Positions 1-15,000 of a DNA stretch of 64,000 bases are shown one piece after another. The position numbers and the translations under genes are program-made. This DNA comes from Antedon mediterranea. Its lineage: Eukaryota > Animalia > Echinodermata. The notes beneath the pieces were generated by a model, which did no database searches, was not told the origin of the DNA, and worked only from the letters and a program-made list of their open reading frames with translations. The stretch is from contig NC_092675.1 of assembly GCF_964355755.1 (NCBI RefSeq), forward strand, positions 2,537,812 through 2,601,811, written 5' to 3'. Within the stretch, counting starts at the first letter, position 1. The number at the start of each line of letters is the position of its first letter.

Positions 1-38
1 TGCAATTCACGGAAATCTTTGGATCCTGGTCGGCAGGG
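1..38 (-). CDS. ADAMTS7: ADAMTS exon 13, truncated by window edge (start of cysteine-rich region)
   Basis: [13 protein letters not shown] after TAG acceptor. Confidence 0.85.
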
Positions 39-3000
39 CTAACAGTGAAAACGATATAATTATTTAAAGTCATGCCGAAAAAAATGAATAGTTGATTGTG
101 GAACTATTCATACGATACGATACAACTTTATATAAAACCAAACATGTTGTATAAAATTGTCATACCTGTGTATTGCACAAAGCATACTTTTCTCGTTTAC
201 CTAAACAGTATTCACCACCATTTGCTGGTCTGAAAATAATAAACAAATGTATTAGTTCAAACGATACACACTAAAACAATTCTCGATCATGGAATCGTAT
301 AACTGTTGTGGCGCTGGTTCGACTATTTGTTATACTGTACATGAATGATGTATAGAAATTATTACGTAAATACACATAACGGTATACGGTGTAAGCATGT
401 ATCCATTATGTATTATTCATACAGAATCAGTGTGTTTGTACTTTATGGCTGGTACGTCAGAATACTGAACGACATACTAACAGGTAAAAGTAAATCTGAT
501 TTAATCATACCTTGGGTTGTCGCATTCTCTGCTCATAACTGATACCCCACCACCACAAGTCCGAGAGCAACTTGACCATTCTGACCAAGTGCCCCAGTCA
601 CCATCGATAGCTACTGCCCTCTCTGTCATAGGCACACATGCGCCGTTCATACACCACTGTAAATTTAGCATAACAATAATCCTATATTTAATAATAGTTT
701 AAAGAAATGGCATGACGTCTTTCTACTAGTTTCATTAAATGTTTTGCGATCTGTTTTTCTAAATAGTTTCTCATTAACTAGTTTTAATTTGACTAGTGTA
801 AAGGTTACTGTAGTCCGGGTAGAAAATATATAGGCCTACTATACAATACCTTGTTTTTACCACATTTTGTTCCAGGCGCTGCGCCTCCCATCTTTGTATG
901 ACAGGTACCATTAAAACACCATAGGGTTCTGCATAAGTCCTCCTAAAATATCAATATTTTCTTTCGTTTTTTATATCTATAGTAAAGCATGACATAATAC
1001 CTCCATACCCCCAACGAAGCGTAGTTGAGCGGTTAGATTAATAAATCGACTGAATAATGATCGATCGGTCAATCAAACTTATCATCAGTCAATTGATCAA
1101 TCAACGCCAATAACTCGGTTAGTCAGCCACTGACTGTTGGACAGATACATTGTTCGTACAGTATTAAGCTTGGTTCCCACGTGGACGCAACGACGTAGGC
1201 ACAACGGAAGTGAGTTGACCAATCACAAGTGACAGTTCGTGATTGGTCAAATTAAACTTTCGGCGCGCTTAGTCGTTGCCATGAAAACCAAGCTATACGC
1301 ATCACACTATTAATTTAGACCTAATATTGCTATAAAAATGTTGGACGTTATGCTAACAAATGATCAACTATTGAGTTAGTAGTGGTGTCTACCTACCGGA
1401 AAACAAACGGACACCGATGATCCGTATCTTAGTCTGCACTGATGTTCAGCATCGTACATGACGCCTGGCGGTACGTCTGGGTAGTCAAAGTCGTGCTTGC
1501 TTGGTGTATCTAACAAACAATCGCCCCAGCCTCGACTAAACAACATCACAAATGAATATTAGGGTTATAACATCATTAGCCTTGGATAACCGTCTTTTTA
1601 TTCTCTGCACATGCCATATTATCAGATTCAAAAGGGGTATTTAAATGCAGATTTCGAGAACACATATAGGCCTTAGCTAATGACATTAAACGGATTTGTT
1701 ACTTAAAAAGTAGTATAACGGTATAAAGAACTCACTCAAGAAAAAATGTGACGTATTCTCGACTACACGGAGACCAAATCAAAGGAGCCACCGAACTTGG
1801 CATAGTACCACTCATTATATAGAGGGCGTTCGTTGGAGATTGTGTGCAATCATTATTATCACCATCATGTTTCATTCCGAGACTACGTCGTAGAGAAAAA
1901 ATAATTTAGTAATACATTAAAGAACTGACATTTATCTACAATAGGACCCCTTCTTTGGGACACGACCACTATTCAGGAAATATCACTATTACTGTTTTGG
2001 GTCCGGAAAGTTACCCTTTAATAGGGAATCTACAGTAGATTTAAAATAGAAACACTTCCGGTCTACTGACAAATTCACCATCAGAAGGGCACCACCTAAG
2101 ACAAGTTACACCAATCACATTTTACATTGTGTCGTCCTGCCTGAATATATTTATATGTGTCTATTATAAATTTGAAATAATAATTTGAAACAATATTCTA
2201 AAAAAAAAAACATGATCAATAAATATTAATCATAAATGGTGGACGTCTGTATACTCACTTATGTCCAATTTCATGAGCGATTGTAAAGGCCACATTCAAC
2301 CCTGTATCGTCATTTATGTTACTGCTTTTGTTCGGATCGCACATAGCAGCAATGTTGGCCAGACCTAAAGTTAGACATGGCCGATTACTCCCTGCACAAA
2401 TATCCTTTCTGTAAAATACAAATAGCATTAGAACTTTAGATCTACTGTAGCCTATTTCTCAAACTAGACTAAGGAAGTCCGGTTTGTGTGGCCTGGGCCG
2501 GGTAGAATTTTAGTTAGGCTTACTGTAGGTGATAATTTGGCTGCTGCCTATAATTATACTAAGGAAGTCCGGTTGGTGTGGCTTGAGCCGGGTAGAATTT
2601 TAGGTAGGCCTACTGAAGAAAATAACGATTTATTATTTATATTTCTCAACTGAATATGCATGACACGTAAGAATTTGTTTTAATAGAGCCATCTATGTAG
2701 CCGAAAGGCACATCGTTTGCTTTGCATGTCGCTTACTGGGTTTGAAATTGGCGGCTGAGTAGTAAACATTTTTACCAAATACAAAAGAGGGCGCCCCATT
2801 TTAAATGGGCTTCATGAGCGATTGTAAAGGCCACATTCAACTCTGTATCGTCATTTATGTTACTGCTTTTTATAGATAGGGCTAACCAATTGCTCAAAAT
2901 GATTATTGTGAATACTCGATTTATTGACTCGATCCTAGATTTGCACCTTATTATGCTGTTGTATTGCTTTAGAGCGCCACACGTCGGCGTTTCGCTATTT

Positions 3001-6000
3001 TGTTTGGTATACGTATGACACGATTAATCGTGTTACCAATATTAAGCCAAAACGCCGTCAGAACATAGACTAGAGAATTCCATGACGTAATATGGGGCTG
3101 GAAGAGAAGGTTTCTATACGTACCTTGTAATTAAAACAGCAACGTCATGATGGTTGGGGTGTTCATCACCTTTCATATTGATACTTTGTTGCCAATTTGA
3201 AAAGCTTCTCAATGTAGGTATAGCGTTATGCTGAATCGTTAAATTTTCCTAGAAGAAGAGTGTACACTGGTTAATAGATGTATGCATTCACTATTTAGTT
3301 ATTTGGGGGTTTAGGAGAGGATGAAATAGTAATTGCTTATAGTAACTAGGCGAAATCTGTCCTACTGCCCTCAAGAAGAAAATGCTATAGCCTGGAGATG
3401 TTGCTTTGTGAACGTGTGCATATGAAGTTCCTGCTTGACAACTTTCCAAGATCCAGTGAGAAAAATCTGTCACAGTGTTAATCCACTTTACCTGGGTTGT
3501 GGGTTAGCGAACTATAGGCCTACAACAAGCCTGGTTTATATGCTTGTTTTCACTAGATAACCAATACTAAACAGAGACTTATAAAAGAATATAAAAGAAT
3601 ACAATACCTGATCACTCTTAAGAAGAATCACTCGAACAAGTATTATATTTATATCATTTCCTATGCTAGCATCTCGATACATTCCAGTTACCTATAAAAT
3701 ACATTAGATACTTCAGTTATGGTGGGTTTCTTTTCTGTGTTGCCCAAATTTCCATGTTTTTTTACATGTACAATAAATATCTTTTACTTATAGTTTCTGA
3801 AGCTTGGCGATTTAGGCCCCTTATAAAGGCTAATATCATTTAAGTTTTAAGTAAAAATGTAAGCGTTTGTTCAGTGAAGCTGTATTACCAATAAATAGGC
3901 TCATTTTTAATATATAATTAAGAATGTTTAAGTTTTAAGAAATTACATCTACAGTACTGTAATTTTCACGAAGTATTACACTTGTTCTCTGAATAAAATC
4001 TTAACTCGTATTTATGTAGCGGATCTAAAGATTATGTAGGTGAGGTTCAGGGTCTTTGTTAGTGTAATGAATTTTTAAATACATGAACTTATTTCGGACA
4101 TTTTGCGAAATTATTGTAGGCCTAATGGCAATTGAAACGTTTAGCTTGGATCCCACTAGTAGAATACGCGGGTGGAGACGCACGTATCGACGCAAAGTTG
4201 TACACAAGACTTTGGGTAGGAACCAATCGGAGTCGAGTAAGCACAGTGTCGCGTAATAAAACAACGTAGGCCTACAGTGATAAGTCAACTTCTCATAAGA
4301 GGAGGATGTGAAATTGACAGAAGAGTATTTAGCACGTCGCGTACGGAAAGGTTGTTTCTCTAGTGTGAACCAAACTGTATAAATGGCTGGAAAATGGAAC
4401 AATTAACAAAAAATGGTATCAAAATCCAGAAATTAACCACTTTTGGCTCGAGACATCTAATGCCAAAAGGTTTGAAGATATGTAAATAATATGGAATATC
4501 TTGAATACCCTCTAAATTGAAAATTACAGAAAAGTTAAATGTGGGTCAGGTGTAAAACCGAGTAAGCCATAGTGATTAGCCGTCTTTTATAGGCTGTGTA
4601 TGAGTAGACATATGATTAGCCTCTTTGTAGGTTATTTGACCTATCCCGATGTGAATCTAACGCTATAATAATTGCTAACGGCGACAAAATGTCTCACGAT
4701 GCTACAAACATTTAAAATAACATGAATACTCGTACATATTAAACAAAACATTAATGTTTTATGCACTACATTTAATTTAAACGAGTGATGGAATTCATAA
4801 GTAACATTTTCCATAGGGTGATGTTGTAATGGTTACTGTGATTTAGGATTGGTAGTAAGATTAACAAGAAATATTTCTTACAAAAAACTCATTCATTTGA
4901 TATCTACCGTTTACATGCATCTCAATATTTATCAACAAATGTTTTCATAGAATCTCTTTTCCCAGATGTGCTTTGGGTGTGCGCATGCCCAGTCCGATTT
5001 TCTAAATACTCTTTTTTTTTCAGCCGTAGTAAAACTATAAGCTACCGCATGGTAACTGTTTTCTAATCGTTCCGTTCTCTTGAATATAACTGGAGCGGCG
5101 CGAAAATGTGTCCATAAGAGCAGTTAAGTAAAATAAGGACATACGAACTATTCTTATGCAATTACAGCAAAATAAGCCTACCATGTTCATAACAGTAAGA
5201 ATGTAGAGCTCAATGTCGCCCCTGTCTTGGTAATATGTTACCATCAATGGATCAGCAACCACCAATACTTCGATATTCCTCTCCAAGCTGGTTGAACGCG
5301 TATGACGCTTACGAGAGTCATTCGGGCTACCTGAAAAAATCGTTTTCAACAGTTAGGATAACAGTTCTTTCTGAAGTATTAACTAAAGTAAAGTTATGGC
5401 CATGTAATTCTTAGTTTCACGTCTAGAATTAAACAATTATTTTGATGAGCTGCTTTACTAGTATTAGCTACTTTTTTTTACTGCACAACCATTTTTTTTT
5501 TAATTTGTAAAGAAGAAAATGCTTCAAAATTTGATGAATGAGGCTGAGACGTGAAAAATGGTGAAACATGACAATATACTTGATTTGGCCTAAGAACATA
5601 TGTAGTGTATGAAAACAAATTGTGCATCTAAATCTGTGAAATTAAATGTTGGTGTGGAAGTTACCTCTGCTCAACACATATGTATTGATTTGCTGTCTTT
5701 AGATTCTTTATTTTGTTTTCATTTCAGGAGATATTATTGTAGTGGTATAAAATACATAAATGCCTAAATTCAGTGGTATTGGGTATAGTTCTCGTCATGG
5801 ATTAGCAGGTAAAATAGCTAGCAGTTATATATTTTCTATTCCCAACAATAATTTAAACAGTTGTAGAAAAATATTGACCAGGAGAATGTGTAAATATATC
5901 TACATTGTTAGATTCCCCTGACTTGTACAAACATAAAGAAGAATGGTTACTACAATGGGTTAAATTATACAGGGAATACTTACAATAATAACAAACACGA

Positions 6001-9000
6001 GAATGTTAAATTTGAAAAGTGAAATAAAAATAGTTTTTGAAATCGGGTGACAGTCTGCTTAAGGTCAAATTCTTTAAACATAAGGCGTATGGTAGTCATG
6101 ACAACAGAGTTATGTACATAAACAAAATGGCATCCTTACATAATAATCCATATTTACTGTTAATAAAGATGAACTACAAACAAGACAGCTACTGGTTAAA
6201 GATGTTTTCCTAGATGTTATTGTGTGTTCTATTAAGTGGTAGAGTGTTTATATAGGATTCTACAGGTCCTTAACTCAAAATTGAGTGACAAACGATTTAT
6301 ATCGTTCAAATTCTAGATGTTTATTCTATTTTTTCAGTAGCACGACCCAGGGTTAATGATTCTTGAATAAAGCTGGCTATCCACCGATTGTCAGTTAGAT
6401 CGGGAAAGTCAAAATAAACACTGACGTTTCATGCGAATCCCTTGAAGCCCCTCGTCAAAATTGTGTGCGAAATCCTGTTGATAAATAATCATGCCCCTTA
6501 ATGTGTGGTTGGCATTCACCAGTGGGCTACCCGACTGTTATTGATTTAATGATAGATCCCGGGAACACTTTATTACATCAATTAGGTCTTCCCTGTAAAC
6601 ATTCAGTTAACATTTATGTCATCACTTTATCATCCCAACTGGTGGCCAAAGGATCTTCAAAGAATAATTGTACTTTTGGTTTAAGAAATGATGACGATAA
6701 TTTATGTAAACATACATATATATTAAAAAAAGAATAATTTGTAGCTAAATGTGAATCTCCATACCTTTAATTTGACGGTAAATCTGTTCAGCTCGTGTCG
6801 ACATAGGGTGGTGACTTTCGTCAATATCATCCTGTTGGATAGGCCGCTTGTATACGATGTGAGGATGGCGAGCATCAGCTGTGACGTCATGCCCATAGAC
6901 AGGTTCGATGAGATATTGTCCATTAGGAGTATTAATATAACCCCTCTACAAATATAAATGATTAACATTTTAATAATAATCTACACAATACTATCTACAC
7001 CCTCTATTCACCAGCCTTATGCCGCTCTTATTTTATTTCTTTTATTCCTGTCCACTCAGGATATCTTGTCCAAGTACCTTCACTTGCACTGATGAAGAGC
7101 TAGTGTTGCCCGAAAGCTCTAGGCCTACTAACTTTTCTGGCTGTTTTACTTTAAAAAAAATGTGTTTTTAACCAACCATTTAGAGACACAGTGAATATTA
7201 ATTCATGAGGAGCTAACGTGAAAAACATTTAATATTTTGAATATACATTAGACCTCTTACACATAGACGAGAGTCTATCCTTGTTCAAGTGCACTTTCCC
7301 TGTAAACAAATTATCAGACATTGGTCCGGTTGTTCCACGCGAGAGACCCCTTAGGATAGACGACAATGTTTAATGAAAATGTTCACCACCACGTGAAATT
7401 GAGCCTCAAAGCAAAGACACGCGGGTTAATCTCCTATACAAGTCCTTCCATTTCTCTCTCACCCAAATCTTAAAATTGCCTAACATGCTATGTACTATTT
7501 ATCATCAAGGTTATCTACTATTAACATAAAAAAACTTCTTATTATAAATGTAAACACATATCATGTCTGCTTCCATAAACATTTCTTTAAATTAAACCAT
7601 GATAGATGATAATAAAGACATCAAAAACGCAGACACTTCCAGTTGCTAAATATCCGTAGGCTTCAATCTAAATCGTGTTTATCTATTTTTCGACCTGGCA
7701 TCACTTCAAGTAAAACAAGATGGTGTTGTTATGATTTTCGTGTGTTTTATGACTGAAAAAGCGAAAAATATATCAGTCATCATTTTAATTTCCGACCATT
7801 CATGTTGATATTTAAAATCAATACGCAACCATCCGGTACCTAAACATGTATAAAATAAAGTGTGTTCTATCTTTAGAATTATGGCGGTATGGGAGGGTTA
7901 AGGTTGTTATCCGGGTTCATAATTAACCACCACCCCCACCTCCCATTCTACTTCCGCATGTACACCTATGAATTTGGAACGTGAAAGAAGAACACTGAAG
8001 AATGCATAATGAACAACAACCATTTTAAATTTAAATGAGTTATACAGTAATTCTGTATCATAGGCCTTAACGTGTTTTTTCTTCGTTAAACTTTTTTTTG
8101 TGAATTATCATTTTCCTATGTAAGCTCTTCATTTCAACTATGAGTTGTATTTTGAGTCTTTTCATACCGATTAAATAAATAAAAATAAATAAATAAAGCT
8201 AAACAAAATAGTATACATCTACAGTAGGCCTACATTAATCCAAAAATGTCTACATAAATGGAATTTCATCATTAAATTTAACCACCAGTCCATTTATAAC
8301 ATCGCATCAATGATTGACAACCGATAGAATAGATCACTCCATTGATGGACAATAAACTATAATTCCTCGTAAAATATACTGATGGTTTGCCAAAGTAAGC
8401 AAACCAAATAACTTCTTGACGGGCAGGCGAGAAACTATGACGTCATTTAAATTTCATCGATCTTTAAAAGCACGTAATTAGATTCCAATGTCTTACCAAG
8501 AGTTAATTTTCTTATGCAAGATCATGTATCAATTATATATATTTAGCAAATTACTGAATATAAAAAATAATGCACTATGATAATTCATGCAGTGGTCATC
8601 TTATTCCTAAATTGACAAACAGGCTATATGTGCCATCGACTGATTGATTGATTGATTGACTGATTGATTGACTGATTGATTGATTTATTGACTGATTGAT
8701 TGGTCGTTCAATTGGATAAGCCGGGGCTATAATTTTACACAGTGAATATAAATAAGGATTGATAAGCATAAACAAAATTATTATTATATACTATAATTCA
8801 ATACTGTGTTAATACGTTGAGGCCAATTAACTTAGCGTCTAAGAACGATTGGTATTTGAGAATTACTTCCACGTAATTAAAAACCAGTGATTTCAAACCT
8901 GTCGGCCTAGACCACAATTACATATGAAAGTTATTTATGCCATGTATGTTTATGCCCGTGAATCATCTTTTTAAATTAAAACTGTGTCGATTTTAAACAA

Positions 9001-12000
9001 CAATGTTTATTATACACGTACGTCCCGAGGCTATATCGGGAGCTATACACCTATAACAGAGATAGGTCGAGACAGATCTTTATAAAGTGTTTGAGCGTTG
9101 CTGATAACTCTATAGACCTACAGTAGTGGTTCAATCAATAAAATATGCTTCAAAAAACCACATGGAAAGACCTTAATCGTAACTACCGCCTAACATAACC
9201 TCTAGCCATGAGCATGTGTCTTCATCTTTACCATCCAAATATATCATATTTTTAAGGTTTAATTATCAATCAAAAAGCGGCAGACTAGAATCATGATAAA
9301 ATAGATGTTTGCGCACGCGCTTTGTACCTTTCTGGGTAGAGATTAAAAATGTGTTACTGTGACTTTTAAAGAAGATGTTTATACCACTAAACGTCTTCAA
9401 GTAATTAAAAGATTAAATTATATTATTTTCAGGTTAAAAAAACCAATTTCTTGGAAACTCAAACACCTTTAAAATATAACGAAAATACATATGTAGACAA
9501 TTTAAAAGTTAGACCACAATAACCAACAGGTGTCTGGTAAAAAAAAGAAGCTCATAACAAACATTATTGATGGGATTTATGGAACACATTTATCTTGTCA
9601 ATAAAGTATCTGCAAAGTACATGATGTCCCCTGTTCAGACATACTTTGAGGTCACAGGTCAAAGGTGATAATCGTTTCGACGTGGAATATCAGACAAACA
9701 GCAGACCAGAATACCACAAAACATGGGTTATACTGCGTGTACATTTTGCGTTAAGACAATTTTCCACTAAGCGAATTTGTTCGCGCGAATCGAAAGCGTT
9801 AGCTTATACGCATGCGTAGAGAGGTATTTGGAAGATGCAAACATGAATACGCATGCGCATAATAATTCGCCTAGTGGAAAACCAGCTTTACGTCATAGTA
9901 CCAAGAACTTTTGGAAAAGTTTTGGAAAGGTTACAATTGCTATATTCCAAACTACATCAGACAGTCCTTCGTGACAAACAAGTGATGATATAAATATCAT
10001 ATGTTAACAATATACATTCAGAGATTATTTCTGCTTGAAAAGTTGCTGCGATTTCTTGAGTATAGAGCGATTAAGATTCTGTTCAAAACAGATCAGGTAT
10101 AAACTGTCTAGACTATTGTTAATATCAATCACCCCCAAACAAGGTAGGAAGGCTACTATAAAGTAAGGGGTTTGAAGCTATTAGTAGTAGGTTCCGACAA
10201 TGGATAACAGAAATAGATTGGATAAAGCCAACCAAATCCTGACGTATTAGCCTATACGAACGGTTAGACTAGAATCACAGATCCGTTAGAAGGTACATCG
10301 CCTTACCATTGGTGATACGTATACGTCACCAATTACATCACCACGACCTACGGCAATATTTACGTTAACAGGATACGGTACACTTGTACTTATGTAATTT
10401 GACGGGTCACGATCATGAATTGCGGTGCAATTGACATTCGTTTTAGTCTAGTGACTCCAGTTACAATAATGTACACTCTTGATTTGTTTAAGTCAAAGAG
10501 TGAAGGCCACAATCGCACCAGGTACGCGATGTTATTCTACTCCTCTGTCGGCTACTTGCACCTCTCAAATCCATTTCTTCATTTGGTAATATTTATTATA
10601 AGAAACAGTTTATTTAAATTAATAAATAAAATATTGTGTCAAAGACGTTGAGATGTCCGAGTTTTTTTTGTCAACGATTTTTCGATTGCTTACTAAAATG
10701 ACGTTGCATAATGTTATATCACCTGCTTGTATGACGTAACCTACATACTCGTAACTTACCTATATAAAAAATTAAAATGTAGAAAACTGTAAATGAATTA
10801 ATTACAAATTTCGATTCTGTTTACGGAATACTGTTTCACATTTCATAATTAGAAATGTGTAACAAATAAAACAGAACAGCTTCCTTTAGCACCTTACGAC
10901 ATTTAATTTGCTCTCATAAGAAGAATTTATAATCCAGCAGTCTATACCTAAGATTTCGTGACCTAATTTTATCCAATAAAATGTGTGTAGAACGTGAAGG
11001 AATGTATTTGATATTGTCTAGATTTTAAATCAATGAAATTTATACCCCAAATAATCTAATGAAAATCACTGGAAAGATATTTTACACTGGGTTGTTGTTT
11101 GAACGAGCGAGAAATAATATATTGTTATGTTTACACATCTCAATTAAATATTTTGATCGAAAATAAGTCATGTTTTACAAAATACTACTACTGTATAACA
11201 ATTTATCGCATTATTAAATTTGATACAATCTTCGTTTGAACGACGTTTCGAATACCAGATGGAATGGGGAAACTATAAATGGTAATTTTTTCCGTGATAT
11301 ATATAATTAAATATATTTAGTGCTGAAGTTTTTCCTTTTTGCTTTGTTTTTAGGTATACACATGATATAAAATGTATATTCTATCGATGGTTTTAAAAAC
11401 CATCATTGATATAACGATTCATCAATTATAATGGTTCTATGGGAAGATGGGAAAATTTAGTTGCTGCAGTAACTGCAGTAGAAAAAATAATTTTGACATG
11501 ATTCTTAAATTTTACCTCATAAAATTAATGTAAATTAAAATTAGATATACCAATCTACTAAACTAACATACAAATACTGTTTGTTCATTTTTCATATTTA
11601 AGATCAACCAATAAAACATCAGTACCATAAGGGTTACCATTTTGTCAGGGTTGTATTTTGTTTTGCCTAAGGCATGACCTCATTGTGACCTTTAGTACAT
11701 AATGTAAAAAGTATAAAATGTCAGTGAACTTGTGAGACTTTTGATGTACTGACAAATAGACATGTAAAGTACACATCTTAAGGATGGCGAGACAAACGAT
11801 TAATCTCTAATTATCATAACAATTATTTCCTTTGTACTGTTAATGAGACTCTCTCTCACGACTCTAAGAAAGTCACCTAATGTGGATTTGAGTCGTTGGG
11901 TGACATCCAGTAAAACCCTCTGTTTAATTTCTTCTTAGACCTATTCACATAAACTTTAAAATACAATAAATTGGAGAGATACTTAGAGCTGATTAATCAA

Positions 12001-15000
12001 TCTATTTCCTAAGTTAAAGGCTTAAATGAAAAAATGTTTTCATCAAACCAGTTTTTTTATATATTTTTTATTATATAACTAAAATGTAAGAAACCAAAAA
12101 TTGTAAAATTTTCTGTTATTTTAGGTTATTTTGGGTTATTTTGGGTTATTTTGGGTTATTTTGGGTTATTTTGGGTTATTTTAGGTTATTTTTAAAACAT
12201 CAGCAACATCATTTAATAACAACTTCAGATTATTTTTTGCTAAGCATATTTTACCAATCTGATCTCAAGATTTATTAGGCGCATGTACTAAAATATACCG
12301 GTACTACATTGATTAGCATTTAGTATAAATTAAACAATAAAATATAATAGGTTTATAATATTATATAAGTTCAGCAAGAGAAACATCTCCGATCGTTCTG
12401 TTCGTGGATGTTGGTTCGTGGATGTTGGTTTAGCGTCACACCATCTACATTTCTAATTTCAATCACACAATGTGTCTAATAACATGCACCTCGGTATGAT
12501 GTTATCTCTCAATGTGTTCAAGTTATGAGTATCAAAGTGTTAACACTACATGCACAATTTGATTTGTAATTTGGTCTAATGTAGGCCACACTGTGTCAAA
12601 AACGTAGGCTAACTAAAGTTCAAATGACCACTTAAAAGATTTTATTAAATCGATCAGGGTATTTTAGAATTGCCAATTTGACACAGGCAAACGTTTGGTG
12701 TAATTTACGGTTTTGGGACTAGGCCTATAATAATTACTGAGGAGGGAGACGAAGAAAGGTGAAGAAATTAACTATTGTCAATGTGTAGTAGTGGTTATGT
12801 CTACTCTGTGAAGTGTATTAGTCTACATTCCTAGAATCTGGAGCACTTGACAGTGGAACGCCTGGTTATTCTAGAAGGATTTGTGATGAAAACTTGATAC
12901 GTACAGTTTGGTGAATGTTTGGTTAAGCGTATTCGGAAGTTTGTTTTATATTGTAGTGGTTAACTCTCTCTTCAAGTCCTATTTAAACTAAGTAAGAATA
13001 CACTAATTATTTGATTCGGTATTGGATGAGATCCCATAACGTGTTTGCATATGGAATGTTTGTCGTCATTGCATATAATTTGACCCCTTGTTGAGAACAA
13101 ATTGGACTAAAATGCCACTAATAGGTCACGTGCCGCAGGTGTACGGTGTCGTGCCATCCAGCTAGTCGTATTACTAACGACCATTTTATGACATTATGAT
13201 GAGAGATGAATTGTGTGAACCCATTATTAATTATATATTTACTCTATATGTCAATTAACACCTTTAACAATTGAGGAAATTATAAAAATGTAGAATAAGG
13301 ACGATGCGGTGACCCCATCACACCGTTACATTAGGGACCCCTCATGATGTAAATCTCATTTTGGGGAGTGGTGGATCTCTGATACCATACAAAATGATTG
13401 CTTTTGTTTTCCGTTTTTATTTTTACTTGTATGGTATCTAAATAAATCAAATCAAATCAAATATTCCGAGTTGAACAGAAACTTGTATGATTACGATACC
13501 GATACGGAAGTTTTGCAAATAGAATTTATATTTAAAAGAATTATTGAACAAACAGTCTTATTTACATCCCCAAGAAAAGCGATACAGACAACAGTTTAAC
13601 AAATATGTTAACTTAAAATGCGAACATGTTACGTAAGAAAATGACGATCAGACAAATCGTTGTCAATGAATGATTTCATAGGCAGAATCAAAGTGGTGAT
13701 TTTGGGGAAGAAGAAGTTGGGAAATGTAAAATATAAAATACTTTTGGTGAAGATCAGAACTTTTATAATTGTTTAGGACCTGCTCCTTATTTGGTAGGAG
13801 CAGACAACCCAGAATCCGCCACATATATGCATGCTAACATGCAGTCATTCTAAGAATTTGTTTTAATAGTTTTTCTTATCCTTTGCTCTCGTTTTTGTTG
13901 AAATATTTGAACTTATGTTTTTCTTTAATACAGATCAAATTTCTTCTTTTGGATTTATGTGAGACTAGGTTGTATGTGTTTTTTTTAAAGCTAATAAAAC
14001 TGAAAAATGTGTGAATGCTGTATGTGACGTATACAATTCATTATGAGAATGCAAAATAGACCAATCAAAGTACCTCCACATAACTTAAACTTGGGTCCCA
14101 CTTAGCCTAGCCATGTACGACGAATGATTCGACTTAGTATCTCATTAGGCCGCCCTATATAACCTTGGCCCTATTTTGATAGACCTACATGGTAGTGCAA
14201 AATCTGCACATCACTTTTCTAGAACTTAGACCTACATCTTTTAAACATCTTTAATAAGTTCCAGCAAGCTTAGCCGTCTGACAATCTGGAATTTCATCAT
14301 TATCATTCTGGATGGAACCATTCTATTTTTAGCATATAATTAGTGTAAATGTAGGCCTATATATTTTCTGTTTGTCAAGCTGTCAACGTTATTCAAAATA
14401 TCACTAAAACGAAGTCTGTGATCTACTTTATAACTAAACTTTTACTCTACATCATTATTATAAAATTTCAGTATGCCAAATTGTCAGTAGTTGGTTTACG
14501 TAAAACGAAATAATGCATTCAGGCTTCATAGACAAACAGACAAACCGATATATTGAAACAAAGTTAATTACCAGCATTTTGTTTACTCTCATGAAGCTGC
14601 TAATAAACAGTAATAATAGTTTTCGGTGATATTTACTGTTGTATTTTCGTTACTTCAACAAGGATTATAAAAAGCATATCTGTTATGAAACGCGTTCGAC
14701 CGGTCATCATAATTTAGTAATGATCATTCAAAAGAAGACCATGATCTGATCATCCGTCATATCGAATGACTTGTGGTTTGGTTGAGTAATAATAAAAACG
14801 CGCCCGTGGAACCCACAATAATATATAAACCACAGTTCTATCTATTGATATACAGCCCACCCACTTCTACTAATGTACCAAGTACCTGTAATTTTACCAA
14901 TTATTTTGCTCCATATGAATTGTACGATATCTCAATGTTTATAAACGTTTACAGAATAAAACTATCCTGTCAGCTTATCACTGCAATGCACAGAAATAAT

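Noticed and set aside
5665-5763. Extra ADAMTS exon between exons 3 and 4
   Set aside because: AG/GT bounded but has stop codons in all three minus-strand frames
12115-12192. Telomere-like repeat
   Set aside because: Unit is GTTATTTTGG, not TTAGGG; short internal array
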